Below are positions 12,653 to 25,400 of a stretch of 64,000 nt of DNA, piece by piece (positions within the stretch are counted from its first letter, which is position 1; each line of letters begins with the position of its first letter). Below the pieces are notes generated by a model. It did no database searches. It had not been told where the DNA came from and saw only the letters and a list, made by a program, of their open reading frames with translations. Made by a program: the position numbers and the translations under genes. This stretch comes from Amphiscolops sp. MND2022 (lineage: Eukaryota), in contig OZ076409.1 of NCBI GenBank assembly GCA_964187785.1, forward strand, positions 67,024,001 to 67,088,000, read 5' to 3'.

Positions 12653-12809
12653 CTGGTGATGACGGTTTTGTGAAGCGCAGAAGCGGTGATTCCGGACAGC
12701 TGGCACTGGTAGACCAGAAGTGGGGCTCGGAAAAACTGGAATTGCTACTCCGGCAACAGTCCTCGCCCAGACCCGCCGGCTCTGACTGGTTTGACTGGGT
12801 GGAACCGCC
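12653..12809 (-). CDS. Probable internal coding exon of the host gene (GGSTQSNQSEPAG...RFTKPSSP)
   Basis: GC-rich island with acceptor ttttcatttgttcgctttgaag| in phase 0. The phase-compatible donor position CAG|GGATTA is non-canonical, so the 3' boundary is uncertain. Confidence 0.5.
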
Positions 12810-14007
12810 CTTCAAAGCGAACAAATGAAAAGCAAAATTTAATTCAGTCATCTTAATTTTGAATATGAAACAACGTCGCTCCCTTTGGGTTTAGTGAAAG
12901 AAACTGGAATGGCAAAAAATACTTAGCAAAAATCAACAATTTCTTAATGCTCAGTTGCCGCCATCTGTCGAAAATGATTATTCAATAGGAAGAATTCTGT
13001 TTGAGCATTTCATTTTTTGTCAATGTTGGTTGTTTGTATTTCCTTTTTCTTGAAAGTTAAAAACACCTGAGAATATTCCTTGGGAGTGAGGGAAAAATTT
13101 CAATCAAATTTTGAACATACCGAAATCTTCATATCTACGTTGAAGAAACTAAAGAACAATCGGATCAAGGTCGTAAAACACTCGGACTATTATAGGATTC
13201 GCATAACAGCGCCAATAAAATGGATTGTACACTCTGAGACAATAAGAGTCCAATTATGAACTTTTCAGTAGCCAAATTTTGTAATTTTCGGTATATTGTA
13301 TCCTATATTTTTTCTGACTCAATGCAATTTGATTGATTGTAAATAATTTTATACTCATTTATTTAAAAGTACTGATTCTAACATTTACTGTATACGGCAT
13401 TGTATGTGCATTCTGGTAGAATTGACAAGGTAATTCCCTATAACTTTTTTCTCGCTATTAGTCACAGTTAAAGTTTATACTGAGAATTCACATCAGAAAC
13501 TTATGATTTATTGTACGTTTTTGGGAAATGGCACGTTTATGTAAACCGGAAAAGAAACCAGCTTATAGGCCACAAATGTTTCATGAGTATAGTAGCTCCA
13601 AAACTGTCAATTGAAGTTTTTACTTTTTCAATCTTTGATTCTGACTTTCGAATTCTTGGAAACATTAAGCAAAGCCGTTCAAAAAACTGTACGTTTCACC
13701 GATTTAACTTCATTGTCATCGTTATTACAATCTCAAAACCGGTTTTAAAATACAAACAAGAGGCACTGCGATATTTTTAAAATTTAAACTGCTAACACGC
13801 CTATTTCAAAACAAGGCGGAACATCTAAAGTCGGCGCTATAATTAAGGCTTAAACAGCGCAAAGTTGTAAAAATATGATCACGACTTTTTTAAAGAGAAA
13901 GTCACAAAAAAGTGTCCAAACGCCAAAGGGTGCCTTTGGTGCTCGGAAAATATTTCATAAATTAAAGTTCGGATATAGCGTGCCGGGGCAAATGGGATTT
14001 CTTATTT

Positions 14008-14037
14008 CTCCTCCTCCTCCTCCTCCTCCTCCTCCTC
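14008..14037 (+). repeat. (CTC)n microsatellite present in each array unit
   Basis: Counted 10 (14008), 13 (19056), 22 (24055), 10 (29084) and 12 (32710) triplets. Confidence 0.95.
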
Positions 14038-14943
14038 AGTAAAATGAAAATTACTTTGGATTTAACGTCAAACAATTGGATATAGCGCAATAGATTCGAA
14101 CCTCGACCTCCTCTTTAGTGGAACGCAACTTACGTCGGATTTAATGTCAAAAATTTGGATAGTATTGAAAAAAGTTATTGCTGGATATTGTTTGAGAAAA
14201 CCTAATTTCAGAAGAAATATAAAAATTCTCGAATTGTTTCAGTCCCGGAAAGTGTTAAAGGGTGGACCATTTGGGTTTGTTAAAACATCCAATTTTTTTG
14301 AAAAATATCGTTGAAAAATGAATCGGGAACATTAGGAGATATTGAAAAACTTTTAAGAAAAGTAGCACAAAGCCAAAAAACCGAAATAGGTGCGTTTAGT
14401 CTCGTCCGGGTTTGTATGTTACGTTAAAGAAATGAAGAAACGAAAGAAGGGACCCTTTGCATTAACCTAGATGCGTTTCAACTGGCCGTTCCAAAAGTTA
14501 AGTTGTCTCTGTCGGAATTGTCCACTACGCATACGTTATCTGACGAAATAAAAAACAAGAGGGGAACGTCTAAAGTCGGAACTATATCTAAGACTCAAAA
14601 AGGTCAAAATGTTGAAAAACTGCTAAGGAGGAAGAAGAAGAAAGACGAAAGTTTATTTCCCCAATTCCGCGGGGGGACGCCGAATAAGCAGTTCTGCTTT
14701 TCTAAGTCGGCGCCCTTTCGGATACTATCTCCCCATAGCAAGCTATGGTACCATATTTGCAGCCAAATGGTCAAGCAATGGTGAACTTGAAGCTGTGGTT
14801 TCAAAGTGACTTGCTCAAGGTCACAAAGGTCTGACCGCTCACCGTTGCTCTTTTTATTTTGCTTTTCGCCGCCAAATGCGTTATTTTTTGTCACTGGCCA
14901 TACCACTAAGCTAGAGATGAAAGACTTGCTTAAGGCCCAACAA

Positions 14944-15018
14944 TGGCGAGCTGAGAGAAATTCGAACCTGTTACTGCCCAGTACAGATCGAATGCTCTAA
15001 CCACTACGCCATGCTCCC
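14944..15018 (-). pseudogene. tRNA-derived sequence (pseudo-tRNA or SINE head), repeated in every unit (also from about 19952, 24979, 29971, 33603)
   Basis: 75 nt GGGAGCATGGCGTAGTGGTTAGAGCATTCGATCTGTAC...CAGGTTCGAATTTCTCTCAGCTCGCCA with A box, B-box-like motif and terminal CCA; cloverleaf stems are mostly broken. Confidence 0.6.
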
Positions 15019-16009
15019 TCATAACCACTACGCCATGCTCCCCCCAACCACCAACCACTACGCCATGCTACCCCCAAGGAAATAGGAGGTTTATGAAAAA
15101 CTCGCAAACAACTTTCAAATACCAAAAAGATGTCTTTCGTGCTAGGAAACCACTTCAGAATTTCGGATATAACGTGCTGAGGCAAATACGAGCGTTTTTC
15201 ATCCTACTGCTCCTCCTCTGTAATTAATTCGGATATAACTTCAAAAGTTCGGATATAGCGTGCTGAACAAATGGGAGCGCTTGTTTTCGAACCTCCGCCT
15301 CCTCCTTAGTAAAACTCATTTTAGTTCGGATATAACGTTGAAAATTCGGATAAACGCAATAGTTTCGAAACTCTACCTCCAAATTTCTGACAGTATTGAG
15401 ACAAATCTTTGAGATATTTTAACATCCGTTTTGTTTCAAACTATCAAACCAATTAGTGGCAGGACCCCCCTTTCGAGACATTTGAAAAATTTCAAAAAGA
15501 GTCCCACAGTGCCGGTAAACAATCGATAGGGGACCCTTTAGTCTCCTTCGGTTTTGTTTGTTACGTTAAAAAAATGAGAGGGGGCCTTTTGCAGTATCTT
15601 AGATGCGTTTTTGGTGGCCAGACTTGGCCTGTACAGTAGTTCAGTAGTTTTAGAAGTTCCTGTAAAAAGTGTCTACTACGCATACATCCTGTTATCTGAC
15701 TAAAAAACTAGTCACTGTAAAAGTCGGGCTTTTTTCCTTAAGGGAAAACGCGCCGACTAAAAAACCTGCCCCTGCAATATTCGCGCTCACTTTCTTAGAA
15801 TTCGCCTACCAAAAACTGACATATTCCGACTTAAAATGTTTACCAAAAAAATACGAAAACTTTCACACTACAATAGTTAATGCCGATCTAAAAACTAGTT
15901 CGTGCACTTACTCAGTTCACGGTAATTTGAAAAACATCTTCGCTGTTTTCAACTTCGCAAGATCCAGTGTAATTCGGATTTAGGCCACTTTTATTGTTTA
16001 TGATATAAC

Positions 16010-16429
16010 AAACAAGACGGGAACGTCTAAAGTCAGCGCGATATCTAAGGCTCAAAAAGCGGAAAGTTTTTAAAATTGTAAAAGGGGGACCTTTTCGACT
16101 TTTGGAAAATCCTGTTTATTGCAATTTTTTTTAAAAAAATGAAGGGGGACCTTTTGGCGACAAAAAAAATCAAAAAAAGTCGCACATTGCCGAAAAAATC
16201 AAAGGGAGGACCCTGTAGTCCCGTCCGGTTTTGTATCTTACGTTAAAAAGTGAGTACACGAAAAGGGGGAGCCTTTGCACTAACTTAGATGCGTTTCCGC
16301 TTGTCGGTCCAGTAGTTCAGTAGTTCTGTAAAAAAAGTGTCCACTACGCATACATTCTTTAGTCTGACGAAAAAAAACTTGCAACTGTAATAGTCGGGCT
16401 CATTTTGTTAAAATGCGCCGACTAAAAAA
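16010..16429 (-). mobile_element. HINE/DINE-1-like element, complete copy inside the array unit (repeated in all five units)
   Basis: aaaca-AGACG-ggaa-CGTCT-aaagtcagcgcgatatctaaggctc ... tagtcgggctcattttgttaaaatgcgccgactaaaaaa. Further termini of the family in unit 1 near 13808, 14553, 14686, 15764 and, inverted, 16891. Confidence 0.7.
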
Positions 16430-19400
16430 GGTAACATAAATGATCAACTGAAAACATTACGATAATTCTACTCTGATTATCGTTAAACTTGCCTCATTTC
16501 CTTCTTTCCTATCAAAGTGATCTACAATCTTCATTTACCATTTGAAAGCTGAATCAAAGCTTTTTCGAGCCCAAAGACCGCATAGTGACAAAAGCTGTGA
16601 AACAAGAATTCAGGATTTCGAATGATCAAGAATTTTTCAATGAATGCAAACCTAGACTAGGTCAAACGGTTTTTCCTTTGGGTTTTGTTTGGCACTCTGA
16701 GGAGAATTTTTGGATGTTTTCAGCATGAATAACTCCTTTGCGAACCCAAACGGTGTTGCTTTTTGGTAGGGAATGATATTTCGAGCCCCAACGTTCCATC
16801 TTTGAATTTTTCGAATGGTGCTACCATTGACAAAAATTTCGCGTTTTTGAAAAAAAATGCGGTTATATGATCTTTATTCGGACAAAGCATTTTTTAGTCG
16901 GCGGCACCGAGAACATTTCTCCGAAAAGTTTTTTGATCCCGTGGAAATGATGAGTTTTCTCAATGATTGTGGAAAAAACCTACTGTTTTTTTCGACACTG
17001 TGCGATTTTTTCCATACAATTTTAATTTGGTTAAAGGGTACCAAAGCGTTTGGGGAGCTTAAAGATTCTTTTTCGGTACTATTAGACTTTTGCCCGAAAA
17101 AAGTTTTCTCGAACAAAATATATGTGAAATAAATTCGGTTTTTTGATGTTTCAAGATTGTGAATGTCAAATTTTTGTGAATGTCAGTCTTATGCGTATCC
17201 CTTCAGGTTTTTTTCGGCACTGTAAATTTGATAAACTCTCTTTGATAAAATTGATAAAATTTGATAAAATTTGTCGCTCTTTATTAAAAAAACTTTGTTT
17301 CTTTAACCTTGAGTAGTGCGCCAATTTTGACACGAAGTGGTATTCTTACTGTTAATTTAAAACAACCTGAGAACGACCCAAGTTGGTCCACCGCTTTTAG
17401 CTTCAACCAGCAAACTTCAAATGGCTCAAGAACAATCATTAAGAAAACTTTTATCTAAAGCGCATAATCTGATTTTTTTTCCAAAACGTTATGACCAGTT
17501 TTTATAAATACATATTCGTTATATCCAGAAGAGTAAATTCAAATTGGTATAATAGCAAAATTTAGATTCGAAACTGCAATTCTTGCCTGGTAACACGCAA
17601 ATAATAGGCAAAAAGGATGTTTTTGACGTTATATTCAGATTTTATCACTATACGAGTTATACTAGTAATCGCTATTTCTATAGTTCAATTTGAAAACGAA
17701 AACTTCGGGAACAGTTTACACCGATGCCCCGCTTAAGGGTCAAAAAGTGCAGAGGTACTTCAATGCGTCAAAGATTCTATTTTTGAAATATTCTGTCAGT
17801 CCCGAAAAACCCAAAAGGTAAACCCTATGGCTTGAAAGGTTTTTTCTTCTCACAAAGAGCAACGAAAACCAAGAGACAAAATCTTTTGTTCTAACAAAAC
17901 TTGTCACAAAAACTTGCACAGCGCCAAAAAACCATGGGCTCTAAAATTTTTCAAAACTAAAATGATCAACATTACGCTCGCTTATCAACGGGATATTTTC
18001 CGTCACAGACTGTTCTACAACATCAAGATTTTGAGGCTCAAAAGTAAAAAATGCACTATGTGAATGCATAAACGTTGGAAGTATTGAAAATTTCTACACA
18101 TTTGGTTCAAGTTATCCATAAAAAACCTACGTTGGGAATACGCTAAGTACCGAATTTTTATTTGTTCTTGAGGTGAAAACCAGAAGGTAACCTATCAAAC
18201 TTTTCTATGTTAATATACACAATAAGTCACTAAAAATTTCACAAACTGGACAAACTTGACTTTTGAAATTTTTGAGACATTTCGACGCGCTTTCCAAACA
18301 GAAGAAATTGAACATATCTTTTTCAAAAAGCTTACTGAATACCGGATTGAGTCGATAGTGATTATCTAAAAAAACTGTATATCACGAAATAGTTCGAAAA
18401 CTTCACAAAAATTTCATGGAAACGTGAAACATTTTTGAATTTTCAGGGTATTTCTGCGTTTTTTTCTAATTGCAATTTTTTAAAAAGCGTACTGCATAAG
18501 TAAATATTTCGTTTGGAACCTATGAATAATAAATAATCAACAGAAGAGAAATGTTCCTAGAAAACATTGAATTTTGCAGTGATGCGATTTTATTCTAAGC
18601 CCGTACTGCTAGCTACATGTTTCAACGAAAAATCTTTTCTCTTCCAAAATGTACTGCTTAGTTCTTTCGCCCTTGAATGTTCTGAACCCTATGATCCATG
18701 AAAGCATGGGAAATTGTACAAAATTTGTATGAAACTGTACGTTTCACCAATTTAGCTTCATTGTCATCGTTATTACAATCTCAAAACCGGTTTTAAAATA
18801 CAAACAAGAGGCACTGCGATATTTTTAAAATTTAAACTGCTAACACGCCTATTTCAAAACAAGGCGGAACATCTAAAGTCGGCGCTATAATTAAGGCTTA
18901 TACAGCGCAAAGTTGTAAAAATATGATCACGACTTTTTTAAAGAGAAAGTCACAAAAAAGTGTCCAAACGCCAAAGGGTGCCTTTGGTGCTCGGAAAATA
19001 TTTCATAAATTAAAATTCGGATATAGCGTGCCGGGGCAAATGGGATTTCTTATTTCTCCTCCTCCTCCTCCTCCTCCTCCTCCTCCTCCTCCTCAGTAAA
19101 ATGAAAATTACTTTGGATTTAACGTCAAACAATTGGATATAGCGCAATAGATTCGAACCTCGACCTCCTCTTTAGTGGAACGCAACTTACGTCGGGTTTA
19201 ATGTCAAAAATTTGAATAGTATTGAAAAAAGTTATTGCTGGATATTGTTTGAGAAAACTTAATTTCAGACGAAATATAAAAATTCTCGAATTGTTTCAGT
19301 CCCGGAAAGTGTTAAAGGGTGGACCATTTGGGTTTGTTAAAACATCCAATTTTTTTGAAAAATATCGTTAAAAAATGAATCGGGAACATTAGGAGATATT

Positions 19401-22400
19401 GAAAAACTTTTAAGAAAAGTAGCACAAAGCCAAAAAACCGAAATAGGGGCGTTTAGTCTCGTCCGGGTTTGTATGTTACGTTAAAGAATTGAAGAAACGA
19501 AAGAAGGGACCCTTTGCACTAACCTAGATGCGTTTCAACTGGCCGTTCCAAAAGTTAAGTTGTCTCTGTCGGAATTGTCCACTACGCATAGTTATCTAAG
19601 ACTCAAAAAGGTCAAAATGTTGAAAAACTGCTAAGGAGGAAGAAGAAGAAAGAAGAAAGTTTATTTCCCCAATTCCGCGGGGGGACGCCGAATAAGCAGT
19701 TCTGCTTTTCTAAGTCGGCGCCCTTTCGGATACTATCTCCCCATAGCAAGCTATGGTACCATATTTGCAGCCAAATGGTCAAGCAATGGTGAACTTGAAG
19801 CTGTGGTTTCAAAGTGACTTGCTCAAGGTCACAAAGGTCTGACCGCTCACCGTTGCTCTTTTTATTTTGCTTTTCGCCGCCAAATGCGTTATTTTTTGTC
19901 ACTGGCCATACCACTAAGCTAGAGATGAAAGACTTGCTTAAGGCCCAACAATGGTGAGTTGAGAGAAATTCGAACCTGTTACTGCCCAGTACAGATCGAA
20001 TGCTCTAACCACTACGCCATGCTCCCTCATAACCACTACGCCATGCTCCCCCCAACCACTACGCCATGCTACCCCCAAGGAAATAGGAGGTTTATGAAAA
20101 ACTCGCAAACAACTTTCAAATACCAAAAAGATGTCTTTCGTGCTAGGAAACCACTTCAGAATTTCGGATATAACGTGCTGAGGCAAATACGAGCGTTTTT
20201 CATCCTACTGCTCCTCCTCTGTAATTAATTCGGATATAACTTTAAAAGTTCGGATATAGCGTGCTGAACAAATGGGAGCGTTTGTTTTCGAACCTCCGCC
20301 TCCTCCTTAGTAAAACTCACTCTAGTTCGGATATAACGTTGAAAATTCGGATAAACGCAATAGTTTCGAACCTCTACCTCCAAATTTCTGACAGTATTGA
20401 GACAAATCTTTGAGATATTTTAACATCCGTTTTGTTTCAAACTATCAAGCCAATTAGTGGCAGGACCCCCCTTTCGAGACATTTGAAAAATTTCGGAAAG
20501 AGTCCCACAGTGCCGGTAAACAATCGATAGGGGACCCTTTAGTCTCGTTCGGTTTTGTTTGTTACGTTAAAAAAATGAGAGGGGGCCTTTTGCAGTATCT
20601 TAGATGCGTTTTTGGTGGCCAGACTTGGCCTGTACAGTAGTTCAGTAGTTTTAGAAGTTCCTGTAAAAAGTGTCTACTACGCATACATCCTGTTATCTGA
20701 CTAAAAAACTAGTCACTGTAAAAGTCGGGCTTTTTTCCTTAAGGGAAAACGCGCGGACTAAAAAACCTGCCCCTGCAATATTCGCGCTCATTTTCTTAGA
20801 GTTCGCCTACCAAAAACTGACATTCCGACTTAAAATGTTTACCAAAAAAATACGAAAACTTTCACACTACAATAGGTATTGCCGATCTAAAAACTAGTTC
20901 GTGCACTTACTCAGTTCACGGTAATTTGAAAAACTTCTTCGCTGTTTTCAACTTCGCAAGATCCAGTGTAATTCGGATTTAGGCCACTTTTATTGTTTAT
21001 GATATAACAAACAAGACGGGAACGTCTAAAGTCAGCGCGATATCTAAGGCTCAAAAAGCGGAAAGTTTTTAAAATTGTAAAAGGGGGACCTTTACGACTT
21101 TTGGAAAATCCTGTTTATTGCAATTTTTTTTAAAAAAATGAAGGGGGACCTTTTGGCGACAAAAAAAATCAAAAAAAAGTCTCACATTGCCGAAAAAATC
21201 AAAGGGAGGACCCTGTAGTCCCGTCCGGTTTTGTATCTTACGTTAAAAAGTGAGTACACGAAAGGGGGGAGCCTTTGCACTAACTTAGATGCGTTTCCGC
21301 TTGTCGGTCCAGTAGTTCAGTAGTTCTGTAAAAAAAGTGTCCACTACGCATACATTCTTTAGTCTGACGAAAAAAACTTGCAACTGTAATAGTCGGGCTC
21401 ATTTTGTTAAAATGCGCCGACTAAAAAAGGTAACATAAATGATCAACTGAAAACATTACGAGAATTCTACTCTGATTATCGTCAAACTTGCCTCATTTCC
21501 TTCTTTCCTATCAAAGTGATCTACAATCTTCATTTACCATTTGAAAGCTGAATCAAAGCTTTTTCGAGCCCAAAGACCGCATAGTGACAAAAGCTGTGAA
21601 ACAAGAATTCAGGATTTCGAATGATCAAGAATTTTTCAATGAATGCAAACCTAGACTAGGTCAAACGGTTTTTCCTTTGGGTTTTGTTTGGCACTCTGAG
21701 GAGAATTTTTGGATGTTTTCAGCATGAATAACTCCTTTGCGAACCCAAACGGTGTTGCTTTTTGGTAGGGAATGATATTTCGAGCCCCAACGTTCCATCT
21801 TTGAATTTTTCAAATGGTGCTACCATTGACAAAAATTTCGCGTTTTTGAAAAAAAATGCGGTTATATGATCTTTATTCGGACAAAGAATTTTTCAGTTGG
21901 CGGCACCGTGAACATTTCTCCGAAAAGTTTTTTGATCCCGTGGAAATGATGAGTTTTCTCAATGATTGTGGAAAAAACCTACTGTTTTTTTCGACACTGT
22001 GCGATTTTTTCCATACAATTTTAATTTGGTTAAAGGGTACCAAAGCGTTTGGGGAGCTTAAAGATTCTTTTTCGGTACTATTAGACTTTTGCCCGAAAAA
22101 AGTTTTCTCGAACAAAATATATGTGAAATAAATTCGGTTTTTTGATGTTTCAAGATTGTGAATGTCAAATTTTTGTGAATGTCAGTCTTATGCGTATCCC
22201 TTCAGGTTTTTTTCGGCACTGTAAATTTGATAAACTCTCTTTGATAAAATTGATAAAATTTGATAAAATTTGTCGCTCTTTATTAAAAAAACTTTGTTTC
22301 TTTAACCTTGAGTAGTGCGCCAATTTTGACACGAAGTGGTATTCTTACTGTTAATTTAAAACAACCTGAGAACGACCCAAGTTGGTCCACCGCTTTTAGC

Positions 22401-25400
22401 TTCAACCAGCAAACTTCAAATGGCTCAAGAACAATCATTGAGAAAACTTTTATCTAAAGCGCATAGTCTGATTTTTTTTCCAAAACTTTATGACCAGTTT
22501 TTATAAATACATATTCGTTATATCCAGAAGAGTAAATTCAAATTGGTATAATAGCAAAATTTAGATTCGAAACTGCAATTCTTGCCTGGTAACACGCAAA
22601 TAATAGGCAAAAAGGATGTTTTTGACGTTATATTCAGATTTTATCACTATACGAGTTATACTAGTAATCGCTATTTCTATAGTTCAATTTGAAAACGAAA
22701 ACTTCGGGAACAGTTTACACCGATGCCCCGCTTAAGGGTCAAAAAGAGCAGAGGTACTTCAATGCGTCAGAGATTCTATTTTTGAAATATTCTGTCAGTC
22801 CCGAAAAACCCAAAAGGTTAACCCTATGGCTTGAAAGGTTTTTTCTTCTCACAAAGAGCAACGAAAACCAAGAGACAAAATCTTTTGTTCTAACAAAACT
22901 TGTCACAAAAACTTGCACAGCGCCAAAAAACCATGGGCTCTAAAATTTTTCAAAACTAAAATGATCAACATTACGCTCGCTTATCAACGGGATATTTTCC
23001 GTCACAGACTGTTCTACAACATCATGATTTTGAGGCTCAAAAGTAAAAAATGCACTATGTGAATGCATAAACGTTGGAAGTATTGAAAATTTCTACACAT
23101 TTGGTTCAAGTTATCCATAAAAAACCTACGTTGGGAATACGCTAAGTACCGAATTTTTATTTGTTCTTGAGGTGAAAACCAGAAGGTAACCTATCAAACT
23201 TTTCTATGTTAATATACACAATAAGTCACTAAAAATTTCACAAACTGGACAAACTTGACTTTTGACATTTTTGAGACATTTCGACGCGCTTTCCAAACAG
23301 AAGAAATTGAACATATCTTTTTCAAAAAGCTTACTGAATACCGGATTGAGTCGATAGTGATTATCTAAAAAAACTGTATATCACGAAATAGTTCGAAAAC
23401 TTCACAAAAATTTCATGGAAACGTGAAACATTTTTGAATTTTCAGGGTATTTCTGCGTTTTTTTCTAACTGCAATTTTTTAAAAAGCGTACTGCATAAGT
23501 AAATATTTCGTTTGGAACCTATGAATAATAAATAATCAACAGAAGAGAAATGTTCCTAGAAAACATTGAATTTTGCAGTGATGCGATTTTATTCTAAGCC
23601 CGTACTGCTAGCTACATGTTTCAACGAAAAATCTTTTCTCTTCCAAAATGTACTGCTTAGTTCTTTCGCCCTTGAATGTTCTGAACCCTATGATCCATGA
23701 AAGCATGGGAAATTGTACAAAAATTGTATGAAACTGTACGTTTCACCAATTTAACTTCATTGTCATCGTTATTACAATCTCAAAACCGGTTTTAAAATAC
23801 AAACAAGAGGCACTGCGATATTTTTATAATTTAAACTGCTAACACGCCTATTTCAAAACAAGGCGGAACATCTAAAGTCGGCGCTATAATTAGGGCTTAA
23901 ACAGCGCAAAGTTGTAAAAATATGATCACGACTTTTTTAAAGAGAAAGTCACAAAAAAGTGTCCAAACGCCAAAGGGTGCCTTTGGTGCTCGGAAAATAT
24001 TTCATAAATTAAAATTCGGATATAGCGTGTTGGGGCAAATGGGATTTCTTATTTCTCCTCCTCCTCCTCCTCCTCCTCCTCCTCCTCCTCCTCCTCCTCC
24101 TCCTCCTCCTCCTCCTCCTCAGTAAAATGAAAATTACTTTGGATTTAACGTCAAACAATTGGATTTAGCGCAATAGATTCGAACCTCGACCTCCTCTTTA
24201 GTGGAACGCAACTTACGTCGGGTTTAATGTCAAAAATTTGGATAGTATTGAAAAAAGTTATTGCTGGATATTGTTTGAGAGAACTTAATTTCAGACGAAA
24301 TATAAAAATTTTCGAATTGTTTCAGTCCCGGAAAGTGTCAAAGGGTGGACCATTTGGGTTTGTTAAAACATCCAATTTTTTTGAAAAATATCGTTAAAAA
24401 ATGAATCGGAAACATTAGGAGATATTGAAAAACTTTTAAGAAAAGTAGCACAAAGCCAAAAAACCGAAATAGGGGCGTTTAGTCTCGTCCGGGTTTGTAT
24501 GTTACGTTAAAGAAATGAAGAAACGAAAGAAGGGACCCTTTGCACTAACCTAGATGCGTTTCAACTGGCCGTTCCAAAAGTTAAGTTGTCTCTGTCGGAA
24601 TTGTCCACTACGCATAGTTATCTAAGACTCAAAAAGGTCAAAATGTTGAAAAACTGCTAAGGAGGAAGAAGAAGAAAGAAGAAAGTTTATTTCCCCAATT
24701 CCGCGGGGTGGACGCCGAATAAGCAGTTCTGCTTTTCTAAGTCGGCGCACTTTCGGATACTATCTCCCCATAGCAAGCTATGGTACCATATTTGCAGCCA
24801 AATGGTCAAGCATTGGTGAACTTGAAGCTGTGGTTTCAAAGTGACTTGCTCAAGGTCACAAAGGTCTGACCGCTCACCGTTGCTCTTTTTATTTTGCTTT
24901 TCGCCGCCAAATGCGTTATTTTTTGTCACTGGCCATACCACTCAGCTAGAGATGAAAGACTTGCTTAAGGCCCAACAATGGTGAATTGAGAGAAATTCGA
25001 ACCTGTTACTGCCCAGTACAGATCGAATGCTCTAACCACTACGCCATGCTCCCTCATAACTACTACGCCATGCTCCCCCCACCCACTACGCAATGCTACC
25101 CCCAAGGAAATAGGAGGTTTATGAAAATCTCGCAAACAACTTTCAAATACCAAAAAGATGTCTTTCGTGCTAGGAAACCACTTCAGAATTTCGGATATAG
25201 TGTGCTGAGGCAAATACGAGCGTTTTTCATCCTACTGCTCCTCCTCTGTAATCAATTCGGATATAACTTCAAAAGTTCGGATATAGCGTGCTGAACAAAT
25301 GGGAGCGCTTGTTTTCGAACCTCCGCCTCCTCCTTAGTAAAACTCACTCTATTTCGGATATAACGTTGAAAATTCGGATAAACGCAATAGTTTCGAACCT

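Noticed and set aside
12628..12828. Plus-strand ORF ...DWFDWVEPPFKANK
   Set aside because: Antisense shadow of the minus-strand exon, which has the splice acceptor and the phase fit.
14604..14906. Recurrent ORFs in the array units (MVWPVTKNNAFGG..., MSTTHTSCY..., MRLYDLYSDK...)
   Set aside because: They recur only because the DNA is duplicated. They overlap HINE termini, some are frameshifted between units, and differences from the 3378-3565 homologue are mostly non-synonymous.
14944..15018. Functional tRNA gene
   Set aside because: Acceptor, anticodon and T stems do not pair properly; kept only as tRNA-derived.
14999..15072. CRISPR-like short direct repeats
   Set aside because: Only three copies with spacers of a few nt, derived from a tRNA A box, no cas genes, eukaryotic context.
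23922..24125. Poly-proline ORF
   Set aside because: Translation of the (CCT)n microsatellite.
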